Shown here: positions 26,333 through 34,598 of the stretch, piece by piece
Layout of the letters: each line of letters starts with the position of its first letter
Numbering within the stretch: the first letter of the stretch is position 1
Source of the DNA: an uncultured Elusimicrobia bacterium
GTDB lineage: Bacteria; Elusimicrobiota; Elusimicrobia; Elusimicrobiales; UBA9959
NCBI GenBank assembly: GCA_903889965.1
Contig: CAISZM010000027.1
Span: 220 to 64,219, forward strand
Length of the DNA: 64,000 nt
Reading direction: 5' to 3'
The notes under the pieces: model-generated
Databases searched by the model: none
The model's input: only the letters and a program-made list of their open reading frames with translations
What the model was told of the DNA's origin: nothing
Program-made: the position numbers and the translations under genes

Positions 26333-28320
26333 TAAAGAAGATAACCGCCTGGTTATCCATTGAAAAGAACTACCTGCTGGCCTGGCTGGGCCTGGCCTTT
26401 CTGCTGAGGCTGGCGTACGTGATCAAGACGGGTTCGGGCGGGCTTTCCCCCGACGCCGAGTCCTGGATGAACGTGGGCTGGTCCATAGCCAGCGGGCAGG
26501 GTTTCGGCGGCTCCTGGCGCCCGCCGGGTTTCGCGTTCTTCCTCGCCGGTATTTTCGCCGTATTCGGGAAATCTATAATCGCCGTTAAACTCTCGCAGAC
26601 GGTTTTGGCCACGGCCACCTTGTACCTGGTCTACCGCACAGCCAGGGAACTTTTCAACGACCTGACCGCCCGAATAACACTCGCGCTGCTGAGCTTCTAC
26701 CCCTACCTGGTCGCTTATACCGCGGATGTTATAAGCGAAACTTTCCTGGCCTTCATGATCTCAGCTGCCGTCTATTGCGTGGTGCGCACGGTAAAAAAAC
26801 CCTCCTGGGGCAACCTTGCGCTGGCCGGTTTCCTCATCGGCTGCGCCGGCCTTACCAAGTCCGTGGTACTGCCCTTCTTCATGCTGGCCGGCGCCTGGAT
26901 CTGGTGGCGCTCCGGCAGCTTCAAGGCCGGTTTTATGGTCGGCGTTTTCGCGCTTCTTACCATAATGCCGTGGACGCTGCGCAATTATTTCCACTACGAC
27001 AAAAGCTACATCATGCCGGTTAGCACGCCGTGGTTCAGTCTTTACGGCTCCTCCTGCGACACGGCTTTCGTGCTGGAGCTGACCGGGGAATCCGACGCGC
27101 CGCAAAGCGCGGAGATATCCGCCGCGGCGCCGCCCAAGGATTGGGCGTACCTGTATTCGCTTCCCGTGCCGGAGCGCGACCGCATCTGCAAAGAAAAGGC
27201 TCTAGCCTGGATAAAAGCCGATAAGGGACGGTATTGCTACCTGCTGTACCTGCGCGCAAAACATTTCTGGCGGCTTTACCCGATGATGGCTTACCGGTGG
27301 CAGAAGTACGCCGCCATGGCCACCTCCGGGGTTTACATACCGCTGGCCTTCTTCGGGATACTGCTCTCCTGGCGGAACTTCCGCAACGCTATCCTGCCTC
27401 TGGCGCTTCTTGTCTCGTATACGGCAGTGCATCTTTTCTTTGCGACGTCACTGCGCTACAGGATACCGGTAGACCCCTACTTTATGATGTTTACCGCTTG
27501 TGCGCTGGCGCTGGCCTGGGCCCGCCTGAAAAAGGACAAAGGAGCGCAAGCCGGCATAGATGACACCGGCGAACGCTTCCTGCCCCAGACGATGTCTTCG
27601 GAGTACGAACGCTTCTGGTATTTCAGGCAGCTCTTCGGCTACGAATATGCGGTACGCCGGCTGCTGTCGGCCGGGGACACGGTTCTCGAGGTGGGCTCCG
27701 GAGAGGGCTATGGCGCCGACATTTTGTCCGCGGCCTGCGCCTGGCTTACGGCTTTGGATAGAAGCCCCGAAGCAGCCGCCCACGCGGCTGCCAAATACAA
27801 GCGCGAAAACCTTAACTATATGTCCTATGAAGGCGATAAACTGCCTTTTCCCGACGCATCCTTCGATAAAGTGGTAATGCTGCACTGCATAGAGCACGTG
27901 GCGGCAGCAGAGCCTTTCCTGTCCGAAGTTGCCCGCGTACTCAAGAAGGGCGGCAGACTGCTGATTTCCACCCCGAATAAGGCCTACCGCGTGCGTGAAT
28001 TCACCGGCCGGGAACTTGAAACAACGCTGAAAGTCGCTTTCCCTTCAGTGGAGCTCCTTTACCTGTCCGCCCCGGACAGGTTTTTCAACATGGAACTGCG
28101 GCTCACCCGCACAGGCAGACTTATACAACGCTTTGATGTGCTCGGGCTTTACCGCAGGGTACCTAACAAAGCGAAACAGGCATTCTTCAGATTTTTCAGT
28201 TTCCTCAACGGCGGCGCGAAGGCCGCCGGACCCGGGGCCGCGATCTCTACCGGGGATTTTTCGCTAACTACGGACGACGTGCGGGGACTTGACCTTTTCG
28301 CCGTCTGCACCAAGGACTGA
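26329..28320 (+). CDS. Fusion protein: GT39/ArnT-like membrane glycosyltransferase (N-terminal ~400 aa) plus class I SAM-dependent methyltransferase (C-terminal ~230 aa)
   Basis: A single 663-codon ORF encodes both parts. The N-terminal part is polytopic and ArnT/PMT_2-like. After the linker KKDKGAQAGIDD, the C-terminal part carries SAM-MT motif I VLEVGSGEGYG, motif II-like VVMLHCIEHV and post-motif GGRLLISTPN. Confidence 0.75.
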   Translation: MIKKITAWLSIEKNYLLAWLGLAFLLRLAYVIKTGSGGLSPDAESWMNVGWSIASGQGFGGSWRPPGFAFFLAGIFAVFGKSIIAVKLSQTVLATATLYLVYRTARELFNDLTARITLALLSFYPYLVAYTADVISETFLAFMISAAVYCVVRTVKKPSWGNLALAGFLIGCAGLTKSVVLPFFMLAGAWIWWRSGSFKAGFMVGVFALLTIMPWTLRNYFHYDKSYIMPVSTPWFSLYGSSCDTAFVLELTGESDAPQSAEISAAAPPKDWAYLYSLPVPERDRICKEKALAWIKADKGRYCYLLYLRAKHFWRLYPMMAYRWQKYAAMATSGVYIPLAFFGILLSWRNFRNAILPLALLVSYTAVHLFFATSLRYRIPVDPYFMMFTACALALAWARLKKDKGAQAGIDDTGERFLPQTMSSEYERFWYFRQLFGYEYAVRRLLSAGDTVLEVGSGEGYGADILSAACAWLTALDRSPEAAAHAAAKYKRENLNYMSYEGDKLPFPDASFDKVVMLHCIEHVAAAEPFLSEVARVLKKGGRLLISTPNKAYRVREFTGRELETTLKVAFPSVELLYLSAPDRFFNMELRLTRTGRLIQRFDVLGLYRRVPNKAKQAFFRFFSFLNGGAKAAGPGAAISTGDFSLTTDDVRGLDLFAVCTKD

Positions 28321-28325
28321 AGGGA

Positions 28326-29402
28326 ATGAAGATAGTCCTCCTATCGCTTAAAGGCCTGGGCGATACCCTGATCCAAATACCGCTGATACGCGCGATAAAA
28401 GCCGCGCGCCCCGACGCGCAAATGACCATACTGGTGCCGGACAGATCCTGCGCCGAGCTGTTCAGCGCCTGCCCCTACATGCGCCCGGTAGTAGTGCCTT
28501 TCCGCAAACCGGGCCTTAAATTAGCCGTAGATATTTTCAAGCTGCTGCTCTTCCTGCGCTCAGAGAAATTCGACATCGCCTTAACCACTTTCCCCTCCAA
28601 CAGGGTATGGTATAACCTGCTGGCTTTTTGGACAGGCGCCCCGAAGCGCATAACGCATTCCTACGGATACGCCGCGGCGAGGACCTTTTCTTTCCTTCAG
28701 AATTGCCGCGTCCCGGCCGGCCGGGCGAAGCACTCGGTAGAACATAACCTGGACCTGCTTGGGCCGCTCGGGATGGCAAGACCGGAACGGCCGGACATGA
28801 CGCCGTGGCTTTCCCCGGAGGACGAAGGATACGCCGATAATTTTTTAAAAGAGAACGGGCTGGGAGCCGGCGCAAGGATCGCGGGTATACAGGCGGCCAT
28901 AAATCCGGACCGGATGTACAAAGCCTGGGGACCGGAGAACATGGCGGTTTTCGCCGCGCTTATGGACTGGCTTAAAGAGACGGCGGGCGTAACCCCGCTG
29001 CTTTTCGCGGGCCCGGACGAGGAAAAAAGCGCCGCGCTCATCCTGGGCATGTCGAAATACCGCCATCTGGCCGCGCCCAGGGCGGGAGTGAATAAAATAG
29101 GCGCGCTTATGAAGCGGTGCGAACTTTTTATAAACACGGACTCCGGGCTTGGACACCTTGCCGCGGCGGTGGGAACCCCTACGGTTACCGCTTTCGGCCC
29201 GTCGAACCCGGCTCTTTCGGCGCCTTACGGCGGCAAGGGGATCGTGATAAATCCCGGATTAGCCTGCGCGCCCTGCTATTCTTATCCATATTCCAGCGTA
29301 CGGCCGCAGGCGGGCTGCGCGAAGCGCGAATGTCTGCGCCTCATAGATCTGGAAAAAATAAAGGATGCGGCCGCCGGCCAGTTGGGCCTGCCGTTACCTT
29401 AA
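28326..29402 (+). CDS. Family 9 glycosyltransferase (heptosyltransferase-like)
   Basis: The N-terminus is MKIVLLSLKGLGDTLIQIPLIRAIK, and the C-terminal region has ..INTDSGLGHLAAAVGTPTVTAFGPSNP.., both typical of GT9. Confidence 0.85.
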   Translation: MKIVLLSLKGLGDTLIQIPLIRAIKAARPDAQMTILVPDRSCAELFSACPYMRPVVVPFRKPGLKLAVDIFKLLLFLRSEKFDIALTTFPSNRVWYNLLAFWTGAPKRITHSYGYAAARTFSFLQNCRVPAGRAKHSVEHNLDLLGPLGMARPERPDMTPWLSPEDEGYADNFLKENGLGAGARIAGIQAAINPDRMYKAWGPENMAVFAALMDWLKETAGVTPLLFAGPDEEKSAALILGMSKYRHLAAPRAGVNKIGALMKRCELFINTDSGLGHLAAAVGTPTVTAFGPSNPALSAPYGGKGIVINPGLACAPCYSYPYSSVRPQAGCAKRECLRLIDLEKIKDAAAGQLGLPLP

Positions 29403-29473
29403 CAACAATACTGTTTGAATTGCGGTGCCCCGGCGCGCCAATGCGGCGGCGGCGCAAAGGCGCGTGCCGTATT

Positions 29474-30061
29474 TTACCGGCGCTTGACTTCTATATAGGA
29501 ATAGGTTCCCAGCAGCAGCCTGGAGAAGATAGAGCCCGGCCAAATACGCAGGATCGTCCGGTACGGCCTTTTTTTGTTCCCTATAGGCACGTCGTCGGAC
29601 AATTTTTTAGACACCAGAGAATCGTATACGTAGAAGACCCCTTCTTTGTCGTCATACCCCCACAGCGATATCCAATGGCTCCCGATTATCCCCTTTACCG
29701 GATTCCACTCCCCTGTCTCGCGGCTGAAGAAGTTGCCGACGCTTAGGATCACGGGGCTCCCCGCGGCGAGGAGCCCTTTAAGCAGGTTCAGCTTTTCCTC
29801 GTCGGACAGGCCGTTGGCGGACCTGCACCGGGCGTCCAGGCCATAAGATCTTAGAATTGCGGGATAGTAATCCTTTGAGATGCTGGACCCGGTCTTTAAG
29901 GAAATACGGCTGGTATGGAGTTCCCACGGTTCGCTGACATTGGGCAGGCCGTAGGCATTGAGCACAGCCTGCGCCGCGAAGGCCCCGCAGTGCAGCACCC
30001 CTTCCTGGTACGGGAACTCTTTAGGGCGGATGGGCAGCACGCAGCTTTCAGGAACGCTCAT
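29474..30061 (-). CDS. Papain-fold cysteine peptidase-like protein (C39-like)
   Basis: I chose the ATG at 30061 because AAGGAG (rc of 30069-30074) lies 7 nt upstream. Gln lies six residues before Cys (QEGVLHCGAFAAQ), followed by a GSHWISLWGYD...YVYDS His/Asp arrangement as in C39-type peptidases. No signal peptide is present. Confidence 0.55.
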   Translation of the reverse strand: MSVPESCVLPIRPKEFPYQEGVLHCGAFAAQAVLNAYGLPNVSEPWELHTSRISLKTGSSISKDYYPAILRSYGLDARCRSANGLSDEEKLNLLKGLLAAGSPVILSVGNFFSRETGEWNPVKGIIGSHWISLWGYDDKEGVFYVYDSLVSKKLSDDVPIGNKKRPYRTILRIWPGSIFSRLLLGTYSYIEVKRR

Positions 30062-31022
30062 ATCGGTTCTCCTTTGGGAGCACAAAAGTCTGTCCGATCA
30101 GGCGGACAGCCACCCGCCATTCTTCGCCGGCGGCGGCTGCGAGCAGCCGCCGCATGGGCTCGTCAATACGCTCTTCGGAAAGCTTGAACGTTCCCCAATG
30201 TATGGGGAAAAGGTAGCGGGCTCCAAGTTCCCGGCTCATCTTCCATACCTGTTCCGGGGTTGCATGGCTCCATATGAAAGGGTCGTAGCCGCCTATACCC
30301 ATTACCGCGACATCGACCCCGGACGGGGCCAGGCCCGGAGAAAAACGGGTGTCGGCGCTGTCCCCGGCGAAGAACACAGAGGACCCGCTCCTGGAGATCA
30401 GGTAGCCGTTGCAAGCCCGGTCCCCCTCCCTCTCCCATGGATCGCGCCGGCCGGAGTGCTCCACCTGTACCGCCGTGATAAGGGCGCCTCCAGCCTCGAT
30501 AGACTTTCCCCAAGCCAGCTCGCGGACGTCCTTGAAGCCGCAGCCGGCCGCGATACCGGCGCCGCCCGCCGGAACCACTACCGGTACCCCCTTCGGAAGC
30601 CGCCTCAGCGTCCCTTTGTCCATATGGTCCCGGTGCGCGTGGGAGATAAGGATAAGGTCCAGGGGTGGCAGCTCCGAAATGGAAAGGGCGGAAGGGGCCA
30701 GACGTTTCGGCCCGATAACGATGTTCTTGAATAGCCTGATACCCACGCGCTCCAGTAATGCGGGGTCGGTCAGGATCATCGTCCCGCGCAGTTTTATCAA
30801 GGTCGTGGAGTGCCCCAGGCAGGAGAGTGTAACGCCGTCCACGGACCAGGAACCCGGAATGGGTTTTTCCACAACGGGAGGATTTTTAAGGCAAAAAAAC
30901 AGCCTTTTCAGGAGGTTCCATGCTCTCTTCGGTAAGAAAGGCCTGCCGACAATGGGAGGGGTCATATATTCATTTAAAGGTCGGCCTGTGTATTTGCGGC
31001 CAGATCCGGCAGGCCGCGCCAT
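30048..31022 (-). CDS. Metallo-beta-lactamase fold hydrolase
   Basis: It has the HxHxDH motif (ISHAHRDHMD) and an MBL-type beta-sheet core sequence (LGHSTTLIKLRGTMILTDP). The start codon is uncertain (31022 or the internal Met at 30965). Confidence 0.72.
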   Translation of the reverse strand: MARPAGSGRKYTGRPLNEYMTPPIVGRPFLPKRAWNLLKRLFFCLKNPPVVEKPIPGSWSVDGVTLSCLGHSTTLIKLRGTMILTDPALLERVGIRLFKNIVIGPKRLAPSALSISELPPLDLILISHAHRDHMDKGTLRRLPKGVPVVVPAGGAGIAAGCGFKDVRELAWGKSIEAGGALITAVQVEHSGRRDPWEREGDRACNGYLISRSGSSVFFAGDSADTRFSPGLAPSGVDVAVMGIGGYDPFIWSHATPEQVWKMSRELGARYLFPIHWGTFKLSEERIDEPMRRLLAAAAGEEWRVAVRLIGQTFVLPKENRYERS

Positions 31023-31276
31023 TATTATACACTTTTTGCCAAAATCACTGATTTAACCGGTTCCTTCGGCGCTATGCCGCTTTAACGGGCTTAAGCCCGC
31101 ACGATCTAAAGAAGGAAGATCGTAGTCGGGCGCACATTGCCGGATCCGCGGAGAAGCGTGACGCCGCGCTCTATTAGTATAATGTTCTAAATAAGGATGG
31201 GCGTCGCCAGACCGGGGGCCGGCATATGCGTCTTGCCGCGGCCATACCCTCAAAGCAAAACTCTTTAGCCTTTAAA

Positions 31277-32578
31277 ATGATAAAAAAAGATGTACTTATA
31301 GTGGGAGCCGGCCTGGCCGGGCTATCGGCGGCGCGCGCCATTGAGAACAAAAAAACCTACCTGATGGCCGAAAAGGAAAACCGCCCCGGAGGGCTGGCTT
31401 CGACCGTAAAAAAAGGCGGTTTCAGCTTCGACTATTCCGGCCACCTCCTGCACCTGCGCTGGCCAAAGACCTCAAAACTTATATTGAACGCCCTGGGAGG
31501 CAACTGCGCCAGGATAAAGCGCGACGCGCGCGTCTTCGCGCATAAGAGCTGGACCCCGTACCCCTTCCAGGCGAACCTCTCCGGCATGCCTGACGAGGTG
31601 AAGGCCGAATGCGTAAGCGGCTTCCTGAAAGCCTACAACTCCGGCTTCGTGCCCGGAGCCGGGCCGGAAGTTTTCAGCCGCTGGACCAGGCGTGTTTTCG
31701 GCGGAGGCATCTCGCGGCATTTTATGCTTCCGTACAACGCCAAACTTTGGCAGTACCCGCTGGAGCGTCTCACCACCGAATGGTGCGCGCCTTTCGTGCC
31801 GATGCCTAAGCCGGAAGAGGTCGTCAAGGGCGCCTATGGCGGGCGCAACGAAGGCATCGGCTACAACACCGTCTTCCATTACCCCAGATCCGGCGGCATA
31901 GGCGCGCTGGCGAACGCCCTGGCCCAGAATTCCGAAGGCCTGCGGCTGGGCCTCGAGGTGGAGAGCATTAACCTCAAAAAGGGCGTTGCGAATATACGCT
32001 ACTTCGGCCCGGTCAGCTTCCGGCGGCTGATAAACACCATGCCGCTGGACGAATTTGTAGCCATGGCGGAAGACGCCCCGGTCTCCGTAAGGAGGGCCGC
32101 GGCGGCGCTGCGCCACAATACCGTTTACGTGCTGAACCTGGGGGTTAAGGGCCTTAAGTCGGATATGCACTGGGGCTATTTCCCCGGCGCCGAGTTTCCA
32201 TTCTACCGTGCCGGTATAGCCACCAACTTTTCAAAAGCGCTCGCGCCCCGGGGCTGCGCCTCGGTATACATCGAGATATCCACCTCCGGTGAGGCGCTGG
32301 ACCTGGCCTCGGCCGAAACCGCCGTGATAAAAGGTCTGAAAGCCTGCGGGCTGATACGGACCTCGGGGCAGGTCGTTGAGAAGATCTGGCTGAAGATACC
32401 CTGCGCCTACGTAATATTCAACAGGGAGCGCGCCAAGGCCCTGCCGGTAATTTTTGACTGGCTGAAAACCCGGAAGGTCCAGAGCATAGGCCGCTATGGA
32501 GCCTGGAAATATTCTTTCATGGAAGAAAGCGTGAAAGAGGGCCTGGAAGCCGGCGAGAGACTTAACGCCGGCTGGTAA
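31277..32578 (+). CDS. FAD-dependent oxidoreductase (amine oxidase / protoporphyrinogen oxidase-like fold)
   Basis: I chose the ATG at 31277 so that the dinucleotide-binding motif (DVLIVGAGLAGLSAA) sits at the N-terminus. The internal FHYPRSGGIGAL motif is typical of this superfamily. Confidence 0.72.
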   Translation: MIKKDVLIVGAGLAGLSAARAIENKKTYLMAEKENRPGGLASTVKKGGFSFDYSGHLLHLRWPKTSKLILNALGGNCARIKRDARVFAHKSWTPYPFQANLSGMPDEVKAECVSGFLKAYNSGFVPGAGPEVFSRWTRRVFGGGISRHFMLPYNAKLWQYPLERLTTEWCAPFVPMPKPEEVVKGAYGGRNEGIGYNTVFHYPRSGGIGALANALAQNSEGLRLGLEVESINLKKGVANIRYFGPVSFRRLINTMPLDEFVAMAEDAPVSVRRAAAALRHNTVYVLNLGVKGLKSDMHWGYFPGAEFPFYRAGIATNFSKALAPRGCASVYIEISTSGEALDLASAETAVIKGLKACGLIRTSGQVVEKIWLKIPCAYVIFNRERAKALPVIFDWLKTRKVQSIGRYGAWKYSFMEESVKEGLEAGERLNAGW

Positions 32579-32584
32579 ACATCC

Positions 32585-33403
32585 ATGTCAAAGTCCGGCA
32601 ACTTTTACCTCTTGGGAGGCCGGGAGCTCCGGCTTGCCGGCGCGCTGATAGGCCTTATCTTCCTCTCCGGGGCGGCCTATGTGCTCTGGCTGCCCGACGT
32701 TTCCGGTCTGAAGACCAAAAACCCGACAGAGACCTCCTACATGCGCATACGCACCCTGCAGGCCAAGGCACAGGGAAAGAAGGCGGAGCGGCAGTTCTAC
32801 TGGACCCCCTGGGACGGTATTTCCGAAAACCTGAAACACGCGGTGCTGGTGGCGGAGGACGGCGGCTTCTACCAGCACAAAGGCGTGGACTGGGAAAGCA
32901 CGCTCCAGGCGCTTAAGACCGACTGGAAGAAGCGGCGTTTCGCCAATGGCGGCAGCACGATCACTCAGCAGGTGGCCCGGAACCTCTACCTTTCTCCCTC
33001 CAAGAACCCCCTCAGGAAAATAAAGGAGATACTTATCGCCCGCAGGCTGGAGAGCGAGCTTGGCAAGCGGCGCATTTTCGAGATCTACCTCAATGTAGCG
33101 GAGTGGGGCAAGGGGATATACGGCGCCCAGGCCGCAGCGGAAGCCTACTTCGGTAAAAACGCCTCGGACCTGACGCCGGAAGAAGGGGCGGCGCTGGCGG
33201 CCGCGCTGCCGAGCCCGCGCCGTTACAATCCTGCCGGCGGAACGCGCTTCATGGAGCGCCGCATAGGCACTATAGTGGCCCGCATGCGCGCCTCCGGCTA
33301 CCTGCCGGAGGAAACCGACGACGGTCTTTTAGATGAAAACGAAGTGACAGGTTCAACAGAAACCGCCGCAACCCCCCAAGCAGCCCCAGAAACCACCCCT
33401 TAA
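32585..33403 (+). CDS. mtgA: Monofunctional biosynthetic peptidoglycan transglycosylase (GT51)
   Basis: It has an N-terminal TM anchor and the GT51 motifs EDGGFYQHKGVDW, GGSTITQQVARNL and RKIKEILIARRLE. Confidence 0.9.
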   Translation: MSKSGNFYLLGGRELRLAGALIGLIFLSGAAYVLWLPDVSGLKTKNPTETSYMRIRTLQAKAQGKKAERQFYWTPWDGISENLKHAVLVAEDGGFYQHKGVDWESTLQALKTDWKKRRFANGGSTITQQVARNLYLSPSKNPLRKIKEILIARRLESELGKRRIFEIYLNVAEWGKGIYGAQAAAEAYFGKNASDLTPEEGAALAAALPSPRRYNPAGGTRFMERRIGTIVARMRASGYLPEETDDGLLDENEVTGSTETAATPQAAPETTP

Positions 33404-33419
33404 TACACAATTTTGTGAC

Positions 33420-33483
33420 GGCAGGCCTGCAAGTGCGCTGGGGTCGGATGGGATATTCCCCTGCTCGCCCGGGAAGGGGAAAC
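33420..33483 (+). repeat. Conserved 64-nt module, copy A (inverted relative to copy B)
   Basis: The sequence is GGCAGGCCTGCAAGTGCGCTGGGGTCGGATGGGATATTCCCCTGCTCGCCCGGGAAGGGGAAAC. It aligns by hand with the reverse complement of 34751-34812 at 56 of 64 columns (6 mismatches and one 2-nt gap). Confidence 0.85.
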
Positions 33484-33662
33484 TTGGGTTCGCTGGTCAT
33501 GCCGGCGGGTTGGATTCATCAGGCACGCGGCGGCCACACCGTGGCCGCGCTCCGCACTCGGCCGCCGGGCTTATGCAACCGGCGGCCTCCGCGAGGGCCT
33601 TCTTCACCAACCCGCCGTCACCCGCTCCACAGATAGGCCTGCCGTTTCTGTTTTTATTTTTT
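33420..33662 (+). ncRNA. Candidate structured RNA / structured 3' element, copy A (unclassified)
   Basis: An 8-bp closing helix (33420-33427 with 33636-33643) is followed by GTTTCTGTTTTTATTTTTT. A 10-bp long-range helix (33504-33513 with 33607-33616) encloses perfect hairpins at 33530-33548 and 33560-33587. It lies downstream of mtgA on the same strand. Confidence 0.4.
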
Positions 33663-34544
33663 AATCTTCAATCCCGCCTTTATCAGGGCGGCTTTCAGCG
33701 GGGCGCGGCGGGGCTCCGTCAGCGTCGTGAGCGGCAGGCGCGGCTCTGGCCGGCATAGGCCGAGAAGTGAAGCTGCGTATTTTACCGGGATGGGGTTGGT
33801 TTCGGCGAAAAGCGCCTTTACCAGAGGGAACAGCTTGTGGTGGATAGCGGCCGCGCCCGCCGTATCGCCCTCCAGGAACCGGGCGCACATCCTGGCTGCC
33901 TCAGCCGGCGCGACGTTCGACACCACCGAAATTACCCCTTTCGCGCCCACCGCCATCATTGGCAGAGTAAGGGAATCGTCCCCGCTCATCACAGTAAAGC
34001 CATCGTCCGCCCCATTGATTATTTCGCTGACTTGGTCGAGATTGCCTGAGGCCTCCTTGATACCCACGATATGAGGGAACTTTCTGCGCAGGCCGAGAGT
34101 TGTAGCGGGCAGCATATTCACTCCGGTGCGGCCCGGGATATTGTAGAGCACGATAGGCAGGCGCGTGGCCCTGGCCAGTTCCGAAAAGTGCGCCGTCATC
34201 CCCTCCTGCGTGGGCTTATTGTAGTAGGGCACTATGGCCAGCAGGCCGTCCACTCCCAGCTTTGAAACACTTTTAACCATCTCTACCGATTTAGCGGTGG
34301 AATTGGTGCCGACACCGGGTATAACGGGAACCTTCCCTCCCGCGGCCGCGACTACCGTCTTTATGACGGCCAGGTATTCTTCCGTAGAAAGCGTGGCGGC
34401 CTCGCCGGTGGAGCCGCAAGGCACAAGCCCGCTAACCCCCCTCTCTATCTGGAAACGGACTATCTTTTTGAGGGCCTCCATATCCACCTTGCCGTTCCTG
34501 AACGGCGTGACTATGGCGGTAAAAGTTCCTTTCAATTTAAGCAT
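33654..34544 (-). CDS. dapA: 4-hydroxy-tetrahydrodipicolinate synthase
   Basis: The 296-aa ORF has typical DapA sequence (GTFTAIVTPF, GLVPCGSTGEAATLS, and the Schiff-base Lys region GIKEASGN). GGAGG (rc of 34549-34553) lies upstream of the ATG. Confidence 0.93.
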   Translation of the reverse strand: MLKLKGTFTAIVTPFRNGKVDMEALKKIVRFQIERGVSGLVPCGSTGEAATLSTEEYLAVIKTVVAAAGGKVPVIPGVGTNSTAKSVEMVKSVSKLGVDGLLAIVPYYNKPTQEGMTAHFSELARATRLPIVLYNIPGRTGVNMLPATTLGLRRKFPHIVGIKEASGNLDQVSEIINGADDGFTVMSGDDSLTLPMMAVGAKGVISVVSNVAPAEAARMCARFLEGDTAGAAAIHHKLFPLVKALFAETNPIPVKYAASLLGLCRPEPRLPLTTLTEPRRAPLKAALIKAGLKIKK

Positions 34545-34592
34545 GAAACCTCCAGTAAACTAAATTTATCCCTTCTGTGTTTGCCGCGCGCT

Positions 34593-34598
34593 ATTTTA
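34593..34598 (-). promoter_or_regulatory. TAAAAT -10-like hexamer between element B and the dapA RBS
   Basis: The reverse complement of 34593-34598 is TAAAAT, about 50 nt upstream of the dapA ATG. The best -35 candidate is weak (TTCGCC with an 18-nt spacer). Confidence 0.25.

Noticed and set aside
31023-31276. A 254-nt intergenic region with small palindromes (GGGCTTAAGCCC, GATCT..AGATC) and a TATAAT at 31178-31183 could hold a small RNA or tRNA gene.
   Set aside because: I found no cloverleaf-compatible arms or T-loop motif, no resemblance to the dapA-flanking elements, and no properly spaced -35. It is most simply a divergent promoter region for the MBL and FAD-oxidoreductase genes.
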